A DNA stretch of 54,786 bases, the filler included, from Sluysia triapertura (taxonomy: Eukaryota): the NCBI GenBank assembly GCA_046118255.1. It is 4 parts of 4 records of this genome, joined end to end, with 100 filler letters (N's around TTAATTAATTAA, not from the genome) between each part and the next. Parts side by side here need not be neighbours in the genome. Positions count along the whole stretch, not along the records: positions 1 to 13,391 come from JBJNIA010042797.1; 3 more parts are not named here. One strand, given 5' to 3'. Shown one piece after another: positions 1 through 13,185 of this stretch. The stretch's first letter is position 1. Each line of letters begins with the position of its first letter. A program made the position numbers and the translations under genes. Below the pieces are notes generated by a model that saw only the letters and a list, made by a program, of their open reading frames with translations, did not search any database and had not been told where the DNA came from.

Positions 1-49
1 TAATTTGAAGATCAAGAATAAACTTGAATAATTTTGAACAATTTTGAAT

Positions 50-400
50 TCAAAAACCAATTATTTACCATTTATTTTTAATAATGCATTACAACAACCT
101 TATACGGATTCTTCTAATTCTTGTATTTTCGATTTACTTAATGACTTATATGATTGAAAGTCTGATAACACTGAAAACTCATTAATTAATTCTTTGTTTT
201 TTGATTTCAAATTCATAATTAATTCTGATACAGATGAACTTTGACACTTTCATTTCTTCCAAAAGCATTTTGAGACTTTGAAATACCGTTTTGATAATTT
301 TCCTTTATACGTAAAATATTATTCAAAATCGCATTTTTGTCAAATCCCAATAAAGTATGATCCGTAATCATAATCCTCTAAAAGGATACAAATCAAATCT
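50..400 (-). mobile_element. Decayed Mutator (MULE) transposase C-terminal fragment
   Basis: Broken minus-strand frames read YFIGI..RF..VYKGNYQNGISKSQNA..VSELIMNLK, resembling the MULE motif YIG..PxF..WNVY..GxPRTxNxxE. Multiple stops and frameshifts. Confidence 0.45.
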
Positions 401-3123
401 GTATATGTAAGATAATATTTAAACAAATATTTAAGTTTTTATTTTATAAAAAAAGCAAATTATATATAATTCAAACACTGTAATGCTTTCAGAGGTGATG
501 TTGAGACGGATTCAAAAGATGATATTCACAGAAAAAATTGTAGATATGTTTGATTATAATAGTTTAAATGTTAATGAATTTATTTGGAATTTGGTGCTTT
601 ACATGATATAAGATGAGGTTGTGAAGTATAGAAAATATTAGTAAGGGGACTGCGTGACTGTACGCAATAATAAAAGTAAAGTTAGAAAATGTTTGTCATT
701 TGTTATTTTAAAAATGAATTTAGTTTCTTATTAAATCGATTTAATAAGAATTTTCTGATTCTTTTAATGAGCGTGACTGCTTATCATATTGCAATTACGC
801 CAATATAGCTTTATATTTATTTTCACATAAATTGTTCGTTAATATTTAAATTATCTATTGGGTATTATTATTTCACTCGTACTTAATCACCATTTATTTA
901 AATTATTATTATTTTCCACTATCACTTTTATTAAATACTTATTATTAGGAATTATATTAATTGCATTGTTATTACTACCGTAAAGGGTTCATATTTACAT
1001 TCCAGCACTTCTGATTAATTTTTTCAAACTTACCTGATTATGAAATATGCTCAGATATTCGAGTGAATTCCGGCTATCTTATTACGATCATTACATTTTG
1101 TAATTTTTAAGTCAATTTATGTCAACAACTAAAACGAAGTATTTGAAAAGGCTAATAACTCCATATAAATAAATAGAATATTACTTAATTGATTCAGTAG
1201 CTGTTTTTTGAAACTAACTTCAATCATAGACAAGCATACAATATTCAATTGACAAAAAACTAAATGCTATAGCATTACAAATATTAAAATTTACTGTTAT
1301 TTTGCATTTATAATACAAATTAAAATGAATTACAAATAAAAAAAACCCAAAGAAATACACATTTCATAATTTTCTATTCTAACTAATGATGCCTTAGTTT
1401 TATCGGCGCCATTATGAAATAGGCACCAACTAAAATGGCTGCTTTATTTTTGTTAGTAGTAGTAATATTTAAACAAAAAAATTCAATCATAAAATATTTT
1501 TATTATAATTAAATTTTAATATAATAATTTTATTGATTTTACTAAAATAAAATTTTATTATATAATAAATTTTAATTATTTTTAATAAATAAAAATTATG
1601 TTACTACTTGATAATTTTATACAATTAGATTTTTCAATTTTTCTAATTTTTTCTACCTGAACAAAAAGACTATTAAATGAACGACGCTATTGTCTTTTTT
1701 TTGATTTCTTTATAATAGCTTTTTTGTGATTGCTTTTCTTCTTCTTATTCTTCTTAATCTTACTATTATTATTATTATTGTTGAAGAAAGTTTTATTGTT
1801 GATATAGGCTCATTTGACGAAAAAATTTGGCGCCTTTGTATTATTGTAATAATATTCTTATTATCAAGCTGTTTTAGGATTTAGTAATATTGATAACACT
1901 TAAAATTTATAATTAATTAAATTAATTTTGTATCTGTACAATTTTTGTTGGATTTTTCATTTTTTATTGTCGGTTTTTAGCATTGTTTTTATGATAAGTA
2001 TTAATAAAAGAATCTTAAAACATTAAAAGAATTTTAATTACTTATTCATATAATGTTTACCACAAATATAACGATGATATTTTATTTATTGATGCAGTAT
2101 TTAACTAAATAGTTAAATAAGTTTAAATAAAAATTACTCTTCTGTAAAAAATGAAATTAATGGAAACAATAAATAAATATTAAACAAATTCTTCATAATA
2201 GATCTATCATCTAGTTGCGCATCCAGGCATTGATGATATTTTAGAATTTGGTTTTTATTTTATAATTATTATTATTACAAAATCAATGATATGATAAATA
2301 ATAATGCTTTGAGATAGTTCTCTTGCAAAAGAAGAGGTCAGTTTATTATTTGGAAATATGACAATTGATATAATTAATTAACATTTAATGGTTATAGAAA
2401 ACAACTTACTTAATCTTAATGAATTCGCCTATGATCCAACGCTTACAGCAAATGGTTTTCCACAGAATTTGAGAAGATACTATCAGAAAAAAGAAATCGG
2501 TAGTCAGCCAATATTACTAACTTTCTATAAGAGTTTCAATGTCACCCTTTGCACAAGTTAATCGAAACAATATCTGCTTAAAATGTTCGTTAGTTTTTAT
2601 ATCTGTAACTTTGACGCCTTTTACATAGTGTCGTAAAATCGGAGATAAAATATTTTAATCTATTTTTTAAAAGGTGTACAAAAACATTTCTAAAATTACT
2701 GATTTAGAAGTATTTAACGATAAATAGTCTTGTGATGGTTCACTTGATTAAATTTTTATTTTTTTTCAGTTTTATGATATTAATTATTTGACTGTTTTGT
2801 TGCTAACCCTTTAAACTTCAGAATTATAAAATAATAAGTTAAAATTATCTAAACTTTAATTAAATTTTTCAACTCTCATTTTAAATAGGCTTAATATTTT
2901 AATTGCAATATAATATAAAATAGAGCAGTCAAAAATTATTAAATTAAAAAGGAGCTTCCAAAAGAAAAACAAAAATATTCAATATTGTAACCCCCAAATA
3001 TTCAAGATTAATAATTAATCTATTTTTGGACATTCTTATTTTATACTTAAAGGTTTTGTTAAAGTTTGATACTGTGAGAAATTGAGTCTTATATATTTAT
3101 TTTTTATTTTGTATTTATGCTTT

Positions 3124-3165
3124 GTGAGTCCCCTATGATTTAGTTAAGGGCTAACTTTATAATCT
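3124..3165 (+). repeat. Short (internally deleted) copy of the 56-nt structured motif
   Basis: GTGAGTCCCCTATGATTTAGTTAAGGGCTAACTTTATAA shares GTGAGTCC, TA(T/C)GA and AAGGGC-AAC with the copies at 4787 and 7064. It has an inner TTAG/CTAA stem. Confidence 0.55.
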
Positions 3166-3859
3166 TTAACTAATGATGTTAATTTATAAGTGAAAACACT
3201 TGTTATTATACGTATATTTTATACTTTTAAAAATCTATGTAATTTATTGAACTTCGAGAAAGGGATTGAAAATACTTATTCAAAATAATTGATGTGTTCT
3301 AAGATAAATTAAAGTTGTAATCTGTTTTTTAACTAAGTAATCAAAGATGTTAAAAATATTCAACTAACGAGTAGTCTATTAAATAAAATGTTGATATTCA
3401 AAAATTTGGCTTATGATTATTGATCCGTCAAGTAGTATTCCAAGAATGATTTTTCAATGTTATGTCAAAAATGTATTAGTGCTTACGTCTTGAATAACAT
3501 TTTTAAAGATGGTTCTTTGTGTCTACAAATGATTAACAATCGTCTATTTATATTATTTTGTCTTCTAAGGTCATTGACCTTAAACAGATGTTTTAAATAA
3601 ATGTATTTATGTACTTATGACTAACTTAATATAACTTTTTAATTTAATATAACTAATATAATTTAATATAACTAATTTAATTGACTTTTTAATAATAAAT
3701 TTAAAAAATAAATGTTTAAAAAGGATCTGAAATTGTAGAAATTTAAATAAAATATAATATTAATAATACAATAAAACTATTTATTTATAATTATTTGATA
3801 TTGTACATTATTACAGCGGAATATACATTAAATTATTACAATGAAATATACATGTACAT

Positions 3860-4274
3860 TACATTATTACTATGAAATATTCACAGTACTTTATGTGGAA
3901 CTAGATGCTTTCACCTTCACCACTTTGATTTTTTCTTTTCTGTGTTAACTATTAATGTATCAAATTTTCTTTAATGATTTTATTTCACAAATATTTTAAA
4001 GATTTCAAATACTCTACCAGGTTATTCAGAGATCTTAAAACAAGTCTATTAAATGTTTAAAATATCTCAAGGTTCACAACTTCAAAACGTTATCAAGCTT
4101 CCATTACAATAATATGTGGAACACTAAGGTATTGTTCAATTCTCAAAATTATTAAAGATGTTTTCATCTTCATTATTCTCACACTAACAATGTTTTGTTA
4201 TATTTTGTATTTATGTGATTTTTCTTATTTTTAAATGAAAGCCAAAATTATGTTTTGGCGAGTTCGGCTGCAGT
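3860..4274 (+). mobile_element. LTR-like repeat (same family as 49448-50048) followed by a PBS-like TGGCGAG
   Basis: CTAGATGCTTTCACCTTCACCACT (3901-3924) matches the reverse complement of ~49989-50015, and the downstream similarity continues. TGGCGAGTTCGGCTGCAG lies at 4257. Confidence 0.5.
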
Positions 4275-4786
4275 ACAAGGCTTAAAAAGTGATTGTAATT
4301 AAAAGTTGGCGATTAGTTTGTAATTTGTTTTATCTTAAATCGATGGTCCAATCTTATCTTTATCAAGGAGATGTTCTGTCTTGAGTTATTTATAAAAATT
4401 CTTCAGTAATTTACGTCAATAATTCAAAATAAACACGCATACAATTACTTTTTATTAAGTAATAATCACAAAATAGGTACAAATTCTTAGTTATTCATTA
4501 ATCACGATATGCTCTTATTAATTGTAGATTAAATACAAATTTTCAAGTATAAATCAATGTATTTGCATGATAAATTAACAAAATACAGATTCAAAATCCA
4601 GAGGTGACACAACACGCAAAATGTTAATAAAACAAATATAACAATAGCGTGAGTCACCTCATTCCACTAATAATAATAATAATAAAACATCACAAAATTT
4701 AATCAGTTTCTGAAAACAGAGCCTCAGTCACAATTGTTGAAATACTTTTATATACATAACTTTTAGTTATATTTTGTAATAAGTTT

Positions 4787-4842
4787 GTGAATCCCTTACG
4801 ATATTGGACTTACTCAATTAAGGGCAAACTCGTAAGTGTCAG
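4787..4842 (+). other. 56-nt structured motif, copy 2
   Basis: GTGAATCC-CTTACGA-TATT-GGACTTAC-TCAATTAAGGGCAAAC-TCGTAAG-TGTCAG, with stems GTGAATCC/GGACTTAC and CTTACGA/TCGTAAG. Confidence 0.65.
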
Positions 4843-6593
4843 CAGAACGTTAAATAGAAAGAAGGGAAGTCAATCATTCACAGTACGTTAATTGACTGTT
4901 AGGTGCTGTATGCAAACAATATTCAAAATTCCGCTTTTATAGAGTTTAGATCAAATATTTTATGTACGATCCTAATGTTTAAAAAGGATCTGAAATTCTA
5001 GAAATTTAAATTAATATATTCAATGTAATTGTTCTAGATTTTTTGTACTTCTGTTAAAACTATATAAGTTAGCTCACAAAGTATATTCAAAGCATATGTT
5101 TATAACTTCTCTAAATTTTATTAATATCAAAATCAAAAACTAAGTTACACTTGTTAAAGCAAATACTATATATAGTAATTTTGTAAATTATCGTACACTC
5201 GTTATAATAAATACTGTTATTAATTAAATAAAATTAATTAAAAAATTAATTAATTAAAAAACTTTATCAATTATCGCAGAGAGTTGATAAGGGATATATG
5301 TAAATTCTTTTAAAAAAATTAGTTATATAAGTAATATTACTAAACAATTACTGAAAATTAAATTGAACAATTTAAATCGTAATATTATAAACTTTAATTA
5401 AAATATTTTGACTAATAAAGTTGAAGCTAACGAATATTTACAAGATCCTGGATAGAAAAATTAATTGAACCGTGAAAATTAGTTGAAATAAAGTTTTTGT
5501 CTCATTTATTTATTGTGTTCTCATAATTATTATAATACTCTTGAATTGTGCTTAATGAGAAACTGCTATTTTTAAGGTTATGAACTTATTTAATAAATTG
5601 CTTATTTAACAAATAATTTGTAAAAAATAGATAATAATAATAATATTACTATTAGTAATTTGATAATAATAATTAATATTAACAATTTAAAAAATTATAC
5701 TAATAGATTAGAATATGACGACTATTTTATTTTATATTTTGTTGAAATTTACATTATTAAACTTAATTTATAAAATATTTATTCAATTTACATAAAATAT
5801 TTATTACATACATTATAAAAGTTTGCATAACACAATGTTTACTACAAAAGTGTTGAGGTGGCTTTACTTTAGCAAGAGAAGTTTTTTCTTTACTAGATTA
5901 TTCTGCTACTTATGTCCGAATATTTTGTAAAATGCGATTGCTTATATAATAGTTTGATAATTTGCTAAAAGATTAAAAATTAGAAAGACAAAGTAATTAC
6001 TTTGAGTTGGTTATAAGCCGACTAATTTTACTTATTACATTTCGACGATAATAGTTGAACTTAATTTGACTTCCCTTTTATTATCTCTAAGCAATTACTC
6101 AAAAATAATGACGAATAAAACCCTTATTTTATTAACAAAATTTAACACGATTAGTGTTTAATGTTTAAATAATTTATCCACTTATACTATACAAAAAAAT
6201 TTTTCCAACAGTTATTTTTTATACAATGAGTCATACATTAACCGCACGTTACACCTCGATTTCAATAACCTGTTTGATTTAGTAGCTTAGTGAGGATTAA
6301 TTTAATATAAATTTTGATTATGCTTAAACATAATGTTAGTATACTTGACCAAAAACTCAACAATTGTAGATTTTATTATGAGATTTTTAATAGCTTAACT
6401 GCGGTACTCACGAATAAAAGTTTATTCTGCTATTGTTTTTCTGACCCTGGTCTTACGAATGAAATGTGAGTTCACCAACGTACTAGGCTTGCAGTTGGAT
6501 TTTGAAATTAAAAACGTAACGTTTGTGGAGGTTATAGATTAATGCTTTTCTTCAAAAACCAAAAATTTTAACAAAAGAATTTTAATTGAACAC

Positions 6594-6720
6594 TATTTTA
6601 ATTAGGTTCTTAAACCGAAACTTTTAAATTTTAAACAATAATGATTTTAATAAGGTTCTAAAATGAACCTTAAGTTTTACTTTTAAGTGATTTTAATTAG
6701 GTTCTGAATTGAACCTTTAA
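6594..6720. repeat. Three ~50-nt-spaced units ATTTTAAT(T/A)AGGTTCT...GAAC(C)T with internal palindrome
   Basis: Direct reading. AGGTTC...GAACCT is an inverted pair in units 2 and 3. Confidence 0.7.
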
Positions 6721-6814
6721 AAATTGGTTGTTCTTCTTGGTGAAAAATCACTTTATGATGTTTATGATGAGACAAAGAACACGTCTCAGATTTACATTAT
6801 AGACAAACACAAGT

Positions 6815-6970
6815 TATGAATGTTGAACTTAGGTGTGTCGTTTGTGCAGTGGTGGTCCTAGGGTTGGCATAAGATCGAAATGGTAAGGAACTGAATAATG
6901 GTTGTTATAAATGTCAGAATGAAATTGGAAATATACATATGATTAACAAAGTTAGGAAGGGTCATTTTTG
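6815..6970 (+). pseudogene. Decayed gag-like zinc-knuckle region
   Basis: LRCVVC... *DRNGKELNNGCYKCQNEIG..GH, i.e. two degenerate CxxC knuckles. Confidence 0.35.
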
Positions 6971-7063
6971 AGAATTTCGAAAACCGTTGTTTTCTTTTTT
7001 ATTCCTTTAAAAACACAATTTAAATGTTTTGTGGGAATTTTATTTTTATTTGTGTTTCTATTC

Positions 7064-7119
7064 GTGAGTCCTCTATGATACCGGACTTACAAACTCAAGG
7101 ACCGATGCATAGATGTCAG
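7064..7119 (+). other. 56-nt structured motif, copy 3
   Basis: GTGAGTCC-TCTATGA-TACC-GGACTTAC-AAACTCAAGGACCGATG-CATAGA-TGTCAG. Same length as copy 2, with compensatory changes in stem 2. Confidence 0.65.
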
Positions 7120-9180
7120 AATTTTAAAGAAAATGAAAGTAATTGAGGTTTGTAGTTCTGCTCTAATGCTAGTTTAATTAGTTTAAATATGATCTAAAAA
7201 GATTTTTTAAATCGAATTTAAGTTTATCATAAGAAATTATCTTTGATTGTATTCTAGTTTAATTTATTAAATTATAGTTATAAAAGTTGGTTAGTTACGT
7301 AGGTATGATTTTTAATTTCTTGAATTATTAAAAATAATTAAAGATTATTAAAAATAAATTTAATTCGCCTTTTTAGAATTTCGTATTTTTTAATTTGAAC
7401 AGAGTTCTTTTGCAAGTATAATTTAATATAAAACTTTTTATATCTTGCTTTTTAAAAATAAAAAAATCAATTTATTAATTAATATTAAATATTAATATAA
7501 AATTATACAAAATAATAATAAATAATACAAAACTTTAAAATACAATTTTTACAATTATAAAGTCTGAAAACAATTATATAGTTATAATAAAAATACTCTT
7601 TTAAATATTATTATTACTTGATGATAATAATAATTTCGTGGCAAAATTTTAAATATGTTAATAAAGTTTACTTTAAAAAACGTTTAATGTATATGTTATT
7701 AAATAATTTTTTAAAAATAATTTACTTAATAATTGAATATATACTAACGTTGCAAAAAATTAATTCTTAAAAATGATAACTGTATCAATTTTTCGGTTTA
7801 ATGATAATCTTTCCAGGCACTGACGATAATTCAAATTTAAAACAATTGTAAAATAAATTCAAAAAATTTGTCTGATTTACTTAAAACGTTCTATTTATAT
7901 TTAATTTTGAATGCAGCTCATTTGATCTCAAACTAATTCGATGATTGATGTACTACGCATATTTGGAACTGACCTTTACTTTATTAATAATATTTATGAT
8001 AATTTTACTAATACAATTGTAAGGTTGTAAAGTAACATTTTTCTTTGTTTGTAGTTATTTATATTTTATTATTTATTTTATATGCATTTATTAAAAATTA
8101 TAAAAATTGAAAATATTATCTAAATTATAAAAATTTATAAATATTATTAAAATTACAAAACATTACTATTATTATTCTTTAAAAAATGCAATTAATTATA
8201 TTAGAAAATTATAAATAAAGTTTAATTATTTAAACTTATTTAAATTTAACTACCAAAAAAGAATCTTCTAGAACAAATTGTTTTAACAGATTAAATTTAT
8301 TAATATGATTCTTTATAGTCATAATACTACATATAGATACAAAATTAGAATCGTCATACTGATTAATTTTAATTTTGATATCAAACAAATTAATCACAAA
8401 GTAGAATCAATGAACAATATAATCACACAAACTGATTCAGTCATTATTATGCATCACAGAAGTTGATTTCTGGTACATATTTAATATGCAAGTCCATTTC
8501 ATCGTTAACAAATTTGGCACAAATTATTTACACTAACGTTCAAGGAAGACGATCCTGAAATTCATTATATTATCATAAAAGACAAGTAGTAAGTTTAATT
8601 TCTATAGCTTTGCATACTCTATAGAAATATAGAGTTAAAATATTTATTTAAAATACTTGATTTTCAGTTGGTCATTAAGGCCAATTATAAAATAAAATTA
8701 AGTTGATCGAAACTTGGGGTTAGGTCATTTGCTTGAGATAAAATTATTATTATTTATTAAATTGATTGATACTTGTATCATTTGTGAAGTTTTAATCTAT
8801 TTAGTTTTATATTTTAGTTTTTGTAAATTTAGCTTTTTCAATAACGATTGTTATTTTTTGATATAATATTAACATTTGCATTATTGGAATTTATATCTAA
8901 CGATGTTTTTACTGTTTTTAAGATAAATAAATAATATAAAGTTAACTGTAACATTATTCTATTAATATATAATTAATTAATTACTTTCCTGGATATGGTA
9001 ATCAACATAAAGTTTCTACTTAAACTTAGATATAAACACAAACGTTGGGCATGTTATTATTGCCTCTTAACACATAAGTTACTTACGATATCTGTCTAAT
9101 AACGTTTCCTATGATTTGTCCTTTATATTTCACTTTGAAGCAAAAAAAAGTATTTTTATATCGTTATTCTTTAGGCATAC

Positions 9181-9297
9181 CTTTACGTTATTTACAGATA
9201 CGCCATTAGTAAGTCGTATACTGTAAGCGGACTCGAAATAATAATTTATTTTGCTGTTAGATAAGTTTTAGAGTTTAAAAGAAAAACAACCCAGCAC
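9181..9297 (+). repeat. Left arm of a long inverted repeat (partner 13186-13300)
   Basis: TACAGATACGCCATTAGTAAGTCGTATACTGTAAGCGGACTC is near-identical to the reverse complement of 13245-13287. Similarity extends to ...GAAAAACAACCCAG. Confidence 0.85.
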
Positions 9298-9479
9298 AAT
9301 AATAGTCATAATAATGTAATTTATAATATTTAATATATAATTTAATAATAATATAATAATAATAATAATTAATTTTAATTTTTTCAACTATTTTACATTA
9401 AATTGCAGAATTAAATTATGAAATTACTATACAAAATTAAAATATTACATAAACATATTGACAGTTTCAGAAATTCATC

Positions 9480-9760
9480 ATTTAGGTAGTAAGTCTGAAC
9501 TAATTTCATTTAGATAGATTTACTAATTTATTTATAAAGATTACACTAATTATCCAGGCACTAATTATTGTTCAAAATTGTAATCCTTTCTTCGGTATTT
9601 AAATTGTAAAATTCACGATGTTCTGATTTGAAAACCTGGTTATTACAATGTGAAGATGCCACCACTGTTCAAACTAGCAGAGGTATTAAATGTCTATTGT
9701 GAATGGATAACTTAATGTTTTGTCCTAGAGTAATTACATAATAGATTGTCAATACTACGT
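9480..9760 (-). mobile_element. Decayed MULE transposase C-terminal fragment (related relics near 2221 and 7812)
   Basis: RTKH.V..FN....GIFTL..FKSE resembles RTNNxVE.HxxFN..HPxIFxLIxxLKxE. The CCAGGCA(C/T)T core recurs at ~2223, ~7813 and ~9554. Confidence 0.45.
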
Positions 9761-10193
9761 AAAATATTGTAAATATTAGTAATGGTATCTCATACATTTC
9801 AATAATTTCGTTTAAAGATGTCAATAAGAGCATTGTTTATGCTAGAGGTATTCACTAATAAATAAATTAGTTGACGTGGTTTTACTAGAACCTACTTCCT
9901 ATTTTAAGTTATGCTATTTGGCATTTTTAACCTGTGTATCTTTGTATGATTCTTGAAAATATCATATTCATAAACCAAACACTTCTGTAAATTCTCGAGC
10001 ATTATCGCAGCATATTCCGGAATTTCTAAGTATTGTGAAGTCAGTGGAATCAAGGAGTATTTTTTGTTCCTGCTATACATTAAGTATAAGGATGAACTGA
10101 GCTTCTTTAAGCAAACAAGTAAGGTGAAATAAAAAACACCGATTCAGTTTGTTTATCATTTAGATTTCAGCATGTTAGTTAGAGTCCTACTAA

Positions 10194-10326
10194 CACTAAG
10201 CGTACCATGACGGGTCAAATGACCTTTTTTAGTTTTTACTTTAAAAAATGCTTTGAAATTGTATTACCATTTTATAATATGACTTAATTTTAAATAAAGG
10301 TACATCAAACATTGGTACGTTTAGTG
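10194..10326. mobile_element. piggyBac-type MITE
   Basis: TIRs CACTAAGCGTACCA / TGGTACGTTTAGTG (13/14 match), flanked by CTAA and TTAA. Subterminal GGTCAAATGACC. Confidence 0.75.
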
Positions 10327-11128
10327 TTAAATCTCTCGACAAGACCATCAATTTGTGGATGATAAATTAATAATTTTAAAAACTGATTTTGCCTCTCATT
10401 AAATTTGGGTTAACAATTATTATTAAGAGATTTTTAGTTTAATGTTTTAATTTCGAAAGTTAAATAAAAATAACTTACTAAATAATTTACTGACATCCAA
10501 ATAAACGTTAGATTATTCACACAGAATAACTGTAACATATAGTTTTAGGGGGAAATCACATAAAATTCACCACACTTCACATAAAAACATCACTTACTTA
10601 CACAGATTATTAAACAAACTACTTGACTCATTCAAAACACAAACATAATCATTGTACATAATTATCACTAACTATAACTATTGCTATTACAGATCCAATC
10701 GTATTAAAATATATAATAATTATTAGTATTATTATCGTATAATATAATTGCCACGATTGTCACATAATAACTTTCATATTAACATCAACAAATACCATTA
10801 TTTTTAAACATATAATAATCACGTTATTGTTACCATTATCATTTCTTTTTGTTCTTTTGTTTTTCCCAGTTTATATATATTTATCTTTGTGTTAATCAAT
10901 AAATTATTTGTATATATGCTTGAAACTAATTATCATTCGTCCAAGACTGCACAGAATTTGGAAGTTCTAAAAGAAAACATTGATGACTTCGAAAATCAAA
11001 TTAAATAAATGTTGTTTACATTTGGAATGATGTCCAAAGATGGCACTCAAGTTGATCGCAAAAATGATTTGAAATCTAAAGTCTATAAATTGCAAAAGGA
11101 ATATTGTTAAGAAATAAATTTAACATCT

Positions 11129-12255
11129 TTATAGTGTTCGCTAAAGCCAAAAAATGCGTAAAACATTTTAGCAATTGAAAAATATATCAAATATTTATCT
11201 TCGTGGTCTACAGATGCACATATTGGTCGTCATTGGTCGTTTTTTTTACTCGAACTAGCCACGACATGCCAAACTGGACCTAATTGTTCATCTAAAAGTT
11301 CTTTAAATTCACGCTCTGCGTGTCAATTTTACAGGCTCGGATTTATGTTTAATTTCTTCATACCTTTCAATAATATCACGACATGTTTCGATAAGGTGCA
11401 CTATTACTCATGCACGCTGTGTAAACTTGAATATCACGGAATTCCAAATAGTTGTTACTGAAATAGTCTGCCAATCTAGGTCGACTTGATCTATGTAATC
11501 TAAAAGAATATTTTCCTTCAATATGATTTGTCAGATGTTTATGAATTAGTAAAAATATATAATGATTAATTAAGTAATGTTTAGTTTACATTATGTATTC
11601 AAAATATACTGTGTTTTCGTCTCCTATTGCCTAATTATGAACAAAAAGTACGATATACAATATAATATATGATAAAATTCAATATAGTTTCTAAGCTATT
11701 CAATTGTAGCTTTGTAGAAGATTAATTAATTATGTAGAACTGAAATAGTCAAGATCGTAGTAGTTGAGACCAGATTATAGATATTTTAATTCTTTTCGTC
11801 AAATTTCATATGGAACATGGACTAAAGATGAATAGAGTATTTTGAGTTAATTAAAAATAGTTTATTTGTAATTTGTAGTACATATCTAGGTATATCTTAA
11901 ACAGGTTCATTTTACAAATCCTAAATAATTAAAAAACAAAATATTTTACTAAATATTTAGTAACATAAGTTAAAAACTTTCATTTTATCTTTATTCGTAC
12001 CTCGAATATCTAATGCTATAGAGTACTCTTCCAGTGCTATAATACCATCACCGTTTATATATAAAACAAATGGAAAAAGTTCTTAATTGTACAATTTTAT
12101 TAATTAAATCTAAACAATCTAACCTCCATAAAATGTCCATTACATTGTTCTCGAATTATAAACTTCCTTACTTCATCCTTTGATATTATTATTCCTCGAC
12201 CATCAATATCAATATCGTTAAATGCAGTATTAACAATAGTAACATTAGTAACAAA
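11129..12255 (-). pseudogene. EF-hand + dynein light chain (tegumental allergen-like, TAL) pseudogene, at least 3 exons
   Basis: Exon A: AFNDIDIDGRGIIISKDEVRKFI...FME. 42-nt intron 12082-12123. Exon B: NFFHLF(Y)I/NGDGIIALEEYSIALDIR. 501-nt intron 11500-12000. Exon C: DIQVYTACMS..FKELLDEQLGPVWHVVA..ASVDHEDKYLIYFSI..L*RTL* (degenerate WRTP). Splice phases are compatible. Several frameshifts and stops. Confidence 0.8.
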
Positions 12256-12915
12256 TCAACTTGTAGTCGTACTGTTAATGAAATTAATAATTGTATTTGA
12301 TTTGATTGTAATTTTACGAACTAAGAAAAACATTTATTTTGATGGAGTTAAGTAAATAAAAATATTTTTTATTACAGAGTAATTTAAATTATACTTATTT
12401 ATACTCGTTAACATACCATGAATAATCTATATAAATTATTATCAGGTAATATATGTTTGAATTCGAGTTCAAAATCATATTTATCAATTATCAGCCCGCT
12501 AATGTGTCGTAGAATGTGTTTAAAATGTTTGTTGGAATTGTAATAGCTACCAAATAACAAATATGAATTTTGATTGATAAATAAACTAAGTAAAACTTAT
12601 GTTACTACTTATTGTGCTGACTGAATGCGGCAAAAGTTGATATACGAATTGAAAAGTATTTCTAGTCCTTATTCATGCGATTTAATAAAGACATATCGTA
12701 ATAGAACCTAATTTAACATCTAAATCAATTCCTATGAAACCTGAATTAGAAACTGAAACTTGAATTTTTATTTTATTATTTTCTAGCTAATAATTTCTAA
12801 TAATATCTTTTATTGTATTATATTATTTCATAAATATATACATGTTATGGTTAATAAAAAAATTAATACGTTAACTACAGTGAAAACTTGTATAACCAAA
12901 ATGTTAAATCACGTA

Positions 12916-13100
12916 ATGCTAATATCGTTATTTATTGCTTTATGTATACAATGTAATATGACTGCCGAATGCTTCATGTGTAAAAATTGCAATGAACTAC
13001 CTAAATCGGATAATGTCACTACCGTCTGTTGAATCTGGCATTGACAGAATTTGTTCTCATGTAAAATGTTCTCACATTTCATCACTTGGAGAGTATTCTA
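12916..13100 (+). pseudogene. Possible small secreted Cys-rich (Ly6/three-finger-like) gene remnant
   Basis: MLISLFIALCIQCNMTA-ECFMCKNC...C then RICSHVKC: a hydrophobic leader followed by xCFxCxxC. Confidence 0.25.
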
Positions 13101-13185
13101 CTGTCCGATGTTCAAAAATTTTAGAAAATATGAAATTTTTAACTGTGACTATAGTGATGTGAGTGCTTTTATATTTTTTTTCGTT

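Noticed and set aside
4787-4842. Twister, HDV or pistol ribozyme assignment for the 56-nt motif
   Set aside because: Partial word matches only (CGGTCC..AAGTCCGG on the minus strand of copy 3; CNRA before the last stem). Required stems and linkers are missing.
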